The position numbers and the translations under genes were made by a program. The notes beneath the pieces were generated by a model. The model ran no database searches, was not told the DNA's origin, and saw only the letters and a list, made by a program, of their open reading frames with translations. 64,000 bases of DNA from Anaerolineae bacterium (GTDB taxonomy: Bacteria; Chloroflexota; Anaerolineae; JAADDB01), in assembly GCA_015490995.1 (NCBI GenBank), contig WFWT01000112.1:34272-98271 (forward strand). The letters are read 5' to 3'. The first letter of the stretch is position 1; the number at the start of each line of letters is the position of its first letter. Below, piece after piece: positions 61,017-64,000 of the stretch.

Positions 61017-61194
61017 CGGTCACTCCTACCCCCTACCGGTATTCGCATTTCCCTGCGCCTCACACACCCTCAAAAGTCACCGGAACACCATCCACACGGG
61101 TTTGCACAATGAACCCAACCTGGGGTACTTTTAGTGGGGATTATAACCAGCCGTCCCAGAACACCCAATTCCAACCATCGCGATGGAGGCGCTC

Positions 61195-62196
61195 ATGAAG
61201 CTTGTGGTTCCACTGGCCGGGTATGGTACGCGCATGCGTCCTCATACTTTTGTACGCCCCAAACCCCTGATCAACGTGGCCGGCAAACCGGTGCTGGGCC
61301 ACATCCTCGATCGATTCCTTCCCTACAACATTGAAGAGGCCATCTTTATTGTCGGTCACTTGGGCGAACAGGTGGCCGACTACGTGGACACTCACTACCA
61401 ATTTCCGGTCACCCGATACGTGGAGCAACACGAATTGAAAGGTCAAGCCCACGCGTTGTGGCTGGCCCGAGATTACCTCTCCGGCCCCCTGTTCATCATT
61501 TTTGTGGACACGATCTTCGACGGCAATCTGGACATCATCCACACGACCTCCGCGGACGGCGTCGCGTTTGTGAAGGAAGTGGATGACCCCCGCCGTTTTG
61601 GCGTCGCCGTCACCGACGCCCAAGGACGCATTGTTCGATTCGTAGAAAAACCGGACACCTGCGAACACCGCTTGGCCCTGATCGGCTTATATTGGCTACG
61701 CGAAGGGGGCGCGCTGGTTCAAGCTATTGAGGAGTTGCTCGCCCGCAACATCCAAACTAAGGGCGAATATTACCTGGCCGACGCGCTACAACTCATGATA
61801 GACCAAGGCCTGCACCTAATCCCCCATCCGGTCGATGTCTGGGAAGACTGTGGGACCATCGAGGCCACCCTGCAGACCAACCGATACTTGCTCGCACGCG
61901 GCGCTGCAAATGACCAGGGGCGCACTTTCCCAAATAGCGTCATCATCCCCCCGTGTTATATCGGCGAAAACGTAACCATCGAGCGTTCCGTTGTAGGCCC
62001 CTACGCGACCGTGCTGGATAACGCCATCATTCGCGATGCCATCGTGCGGGACGCAATCGTTGGCCAGGGGTGTCACATCGAATCCACGTTGGTGCGCGAT
62101 TCCTTGATCGGCGACAGAGCACGCGTGCGCGGTCAGTTCCGGCGCTATAACGTAGCCGATACATCCTGGGTAGACGCCCTGGATTCCTCCCCCTGA
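61195..62196 (+). CDS. Sugar-phosphate nucleotidyltransferase with C-terminal left-handed beta-helix
   Basis: AGYGTRMRPHT..PKPL, DPRRFGVA, FVEKP, WEDCG. Confidence 0.9.
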   Translation: MKLVVPLAGYGTRMRPHTFVRPKPLINVAGKPVLGHILDRFLPYNIEEAIFIVGHLGEQVADYVDTHYQFPVTRYVEQHELKGQAHALWLARDYLSGPLFIIFVDTIFDGNLDIIHTTSADGVAFVKEVDDPRRFGVAVTDAQGRIVRFVEKPDTCEHRLALIGLYWLREGGALVQAIEELLARNIQTKGEYYLADALQLMIDQGLHLIPHPVDVWEDCGTIEATLQTNRYLLARGAANDQGRTFPNSVIIPPCYIGENVTIERSVVGPYATVLDNAIIRDAIVRDAIVGQGCHIESTLVRDSLIGDRARVRGQFRRYNVADTSWVDALDSSP

Positions 62197-62279
62197 TCCA
62201 CGGGGAGGAAAGCGTTATCCGGCAGGCCCCATACCGATGTGGCGTAGGGCAAAGGAGCCCATGGCAAGGAGGTAAGGTC

Positions 62280-63422
62280 ATGATGATCATCGGCATTCCC
62301 AAGGAGATCAAAGACCAGGAATATCGCGTCTCCATGCCTCCGGGGGCAGTACGCGCGTTGGTGGAGGCAGGCCATCACGTTATCGTAGAACGTCAGGCCG
62401 GAGCGGGAAGTGGATTTAGTGACGCGGAATATGAACAGGTCGGGGCAGAAGTCGTGGACACTGCTGAGGAGGTGTGGCGTCGGGCCCAGCTGGTAGTCAA
62501 GGTGAAAGAACCCCTTCCCCCTGAATTCCCTTACCTGCGGGAAGATCTGATTCTGTTCACCTACTTGCACCTTGCAGCGGCAGAAGAGGTGACTCGTGCC
62601 TTGCTGGACAGTGGCACAACGGCCATCGCCTATGAAACGGTGGAAGATAGCGCAGGACGGTTACCCCTGCTTATCCCCATGAGCGAAGTCGCCGGACGAA
62701 TGGCTGTACAAATCGCGGCTCACTACTTACAACGCACCCAGGGCGGACGGGGCAAGCTGTTCGCTGGTGTGCCCGGCGTGCGCCCCGCAGATGTGGTCAT
62801 CATAGGCGGAGGCACCGTGGGCACCAACGCGGCTCAGATTGCCCTCGGTATGGGCGCCCATGTCACTATTATCGAAAAACGCCTAGAGCGCCTTCGCTAC
62901 TTGGATCACATCCTGCACGGCAGCTTAACCACCCTAGCATCCCACGTACATAACATTGCGGAAACCGTCCGATACGCGGATGTGGTCATCGGTGCCGTAC
63001 TGGTGAAAGGTGCCCGCGCGCCTAAACTGGTCACTCGGGAAATGATTGCTGCTATGAAGGAAGGCAGTGTAATTGTTGACGTCGATGTGGACCAGGGAGG
63101 CTGCGTAGAAACGATACGCCCCACCACACACAGCGAACCGGTGTATTACGTCGACGGTGTGCTCCACTACGGTGTGCCCAACATGCCGGGGGCCGTACCC
63201 CGCACGTCTACCTTTGCCCTCTCCAATGCTACGTTGCCCTATGTGCTGCTGTTGGCCAACAAGGGCTTTGTGGAGGCTGTGCGCAGTGACCCCGGCTTTG
63301 CCAAGGGGGTTAACACGTACCGGGGGCATGTGACTTATCCGGCGGTGGCCGATACCTTCAACCTGCCATACACCCCTTTGAATGCCCTCTTATCCCGGAC
63401 AAGTCTGTCTCAATCCGCGTAA
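62280..63422 (+). CDS. ald: Alanine dehydrogenase
   Basis: [54 protein letters not shown]. Confidence 0.96.
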   Translation: MMIIGIPKEIKDQEYRVSMPPGAVRALVEAGHHVIVERQAGAGSGFSDAEYEQVGAEVVDTAEEVWRRAQLVVKVKEPLPPEFPYLREDLILFTYLHLAAAEEVTRALLDSGTTAIAYETVEDSAGRLPLLIPMSEVAGRMAVQIAAHYLQRTQGGRGKLFAGVPGVRPADVVIIGGGTVGTNAAQIALGMGAHVTIIEKRLERLRYLDHILHGSLTTLASHVHNIAETVRYADVVIGAVLVKGARAPKLVTREMIAAMKEGSVIVDVDVDQGGCVETIRPTTHSEPVYYVDGVLHYGVPNMPGAVPRTSTFALSNATLPYVLLLANKGFVEAVRSDPGFAKGVNTYRGHVTYPAVADTFNLPYTPLNALLSRTSLSQSA

Positions 63423-63430
63423 GGAGGTGT

Positions 63431-64000
63431 ATGTCTACAATGGGCCAGAGGGAGTATGAAGTGATCATCGGCATGGAAGTCCATGCTCAACTGTTAACAC
63501 GGTCCAAGATGTTCTGTGGGTGCAGCGCGGACTACGTGGACGCTCCTCCCAACACCCACGTGTGTCCGGTGTGTATGGCCTTACCCGGCGCGTTACCGGT
63601 GATCAACCGCGCCGCGGTGGAAGCTACCATTCGTGTGGGCCTCGCGCTGAACTGTGAAATCGCCCCCTTTTCCGTGTTCGCGCGCAAAAATTACTTCTAT
63701 CCTGACCTCCCCAAGGGGTACCAGATCTCCCAGTACGAGCTGCCACTGACCTACAACGGCTGGGTAGAAATCGAGGGAAACGACGGACAGCCTAAACGGG
63801 TGCGTATCCGGCGGGCTCACCTGGAGGAGGACACGGGTAAGTTAGTACACGTGAACGGGTATAGTCTGGTCGACCTTAACCGGGCAGGCGTACCGTTGCT
63901 GGAGATCGTCAGCGAAGCGGACATGCGCAGCGCAGAGGAAGCCCACCGCTATCTCCTGAAATTGCGCACCATCCTCCGCTATTTAGGCGTCAGCACCGCG
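63431..64000 (+). CDS. gatB: Asp/Glu-tRNA amidotransferase subunit B (3' truncated by window edge; absent from the ORF track)
   Basis: My own translation: [64 protein letters not shown] aaggagg. Confidence 0.96.
   Translation, partial: MSTMGQREYEVIIGMEVHAQLLTRSKMFCGCSADYVDAPPNTHVCPVCMALPGALPVINRAAVEATIRVGLALNCEIAPFSVFARKNYFYPDLPKGYQISQYELPLTYNGWVEIEGNDGQPKRVRIRRAHLEEDTGKLVHVNGYSLVDLNRAGVPLLEIVSEADMRSAEEAHRYLLKLRTILRYLGVSTA

Overview
A 64 kb chromosomal segment of moderately high GC. The gene content (LysW/LysX, Elp3, a DUF2298/YYY-type GT-C protein, a small SWIM protein, Pro/Thr-rich exported proteins) suggests a Chloroflexota bacterium, probably anaerobic and thermophilic; this taxonomy is inferred. 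The centrepiece is an 8-gene Calvin-cycle operon at 20197-28316: bifunctional FBP aldolase/phosphatase, transketolase, true transaldolase, rbcL, rbcS, prk, rpiA and rpe. It has a mosaic, apparently deep-branching form I Rubisco. No SBPase, classical aldolase, CbbR, activase or carboxysome gene is seen in the window. The operon is preceded by a sensor-less HisKA_3 kinase plus a NarL-type regulator and phased palindromes next to its promoter, which points to a transaldolase-variant CBB cycle under non-CbbR control. Other content: modABC, an AOR-family aldehyde oxidoreductase next to a sphingosine-1-phosphate lyase homologue, a CstB-like persulfide dioxygenase, smc, two large secreted modular proteins and housekeeping genes (dnaJ, leuS, fmt, gmk, ald, partial gatB). 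Small-scale signals: a 166 bp MITE with TIRs and a 5 bp target duplication, a promoter-to-terminator RNA of about 120 nt ahead of the SWIM gene, a Leu-containing leader ORF ahead of leuS, and a 93 aa DUF5666-like permuted insertion in LeuS. I saw no rRNA, tRNA or CRISPR array. All calls come from reading motifs by eye; no database searches were run.
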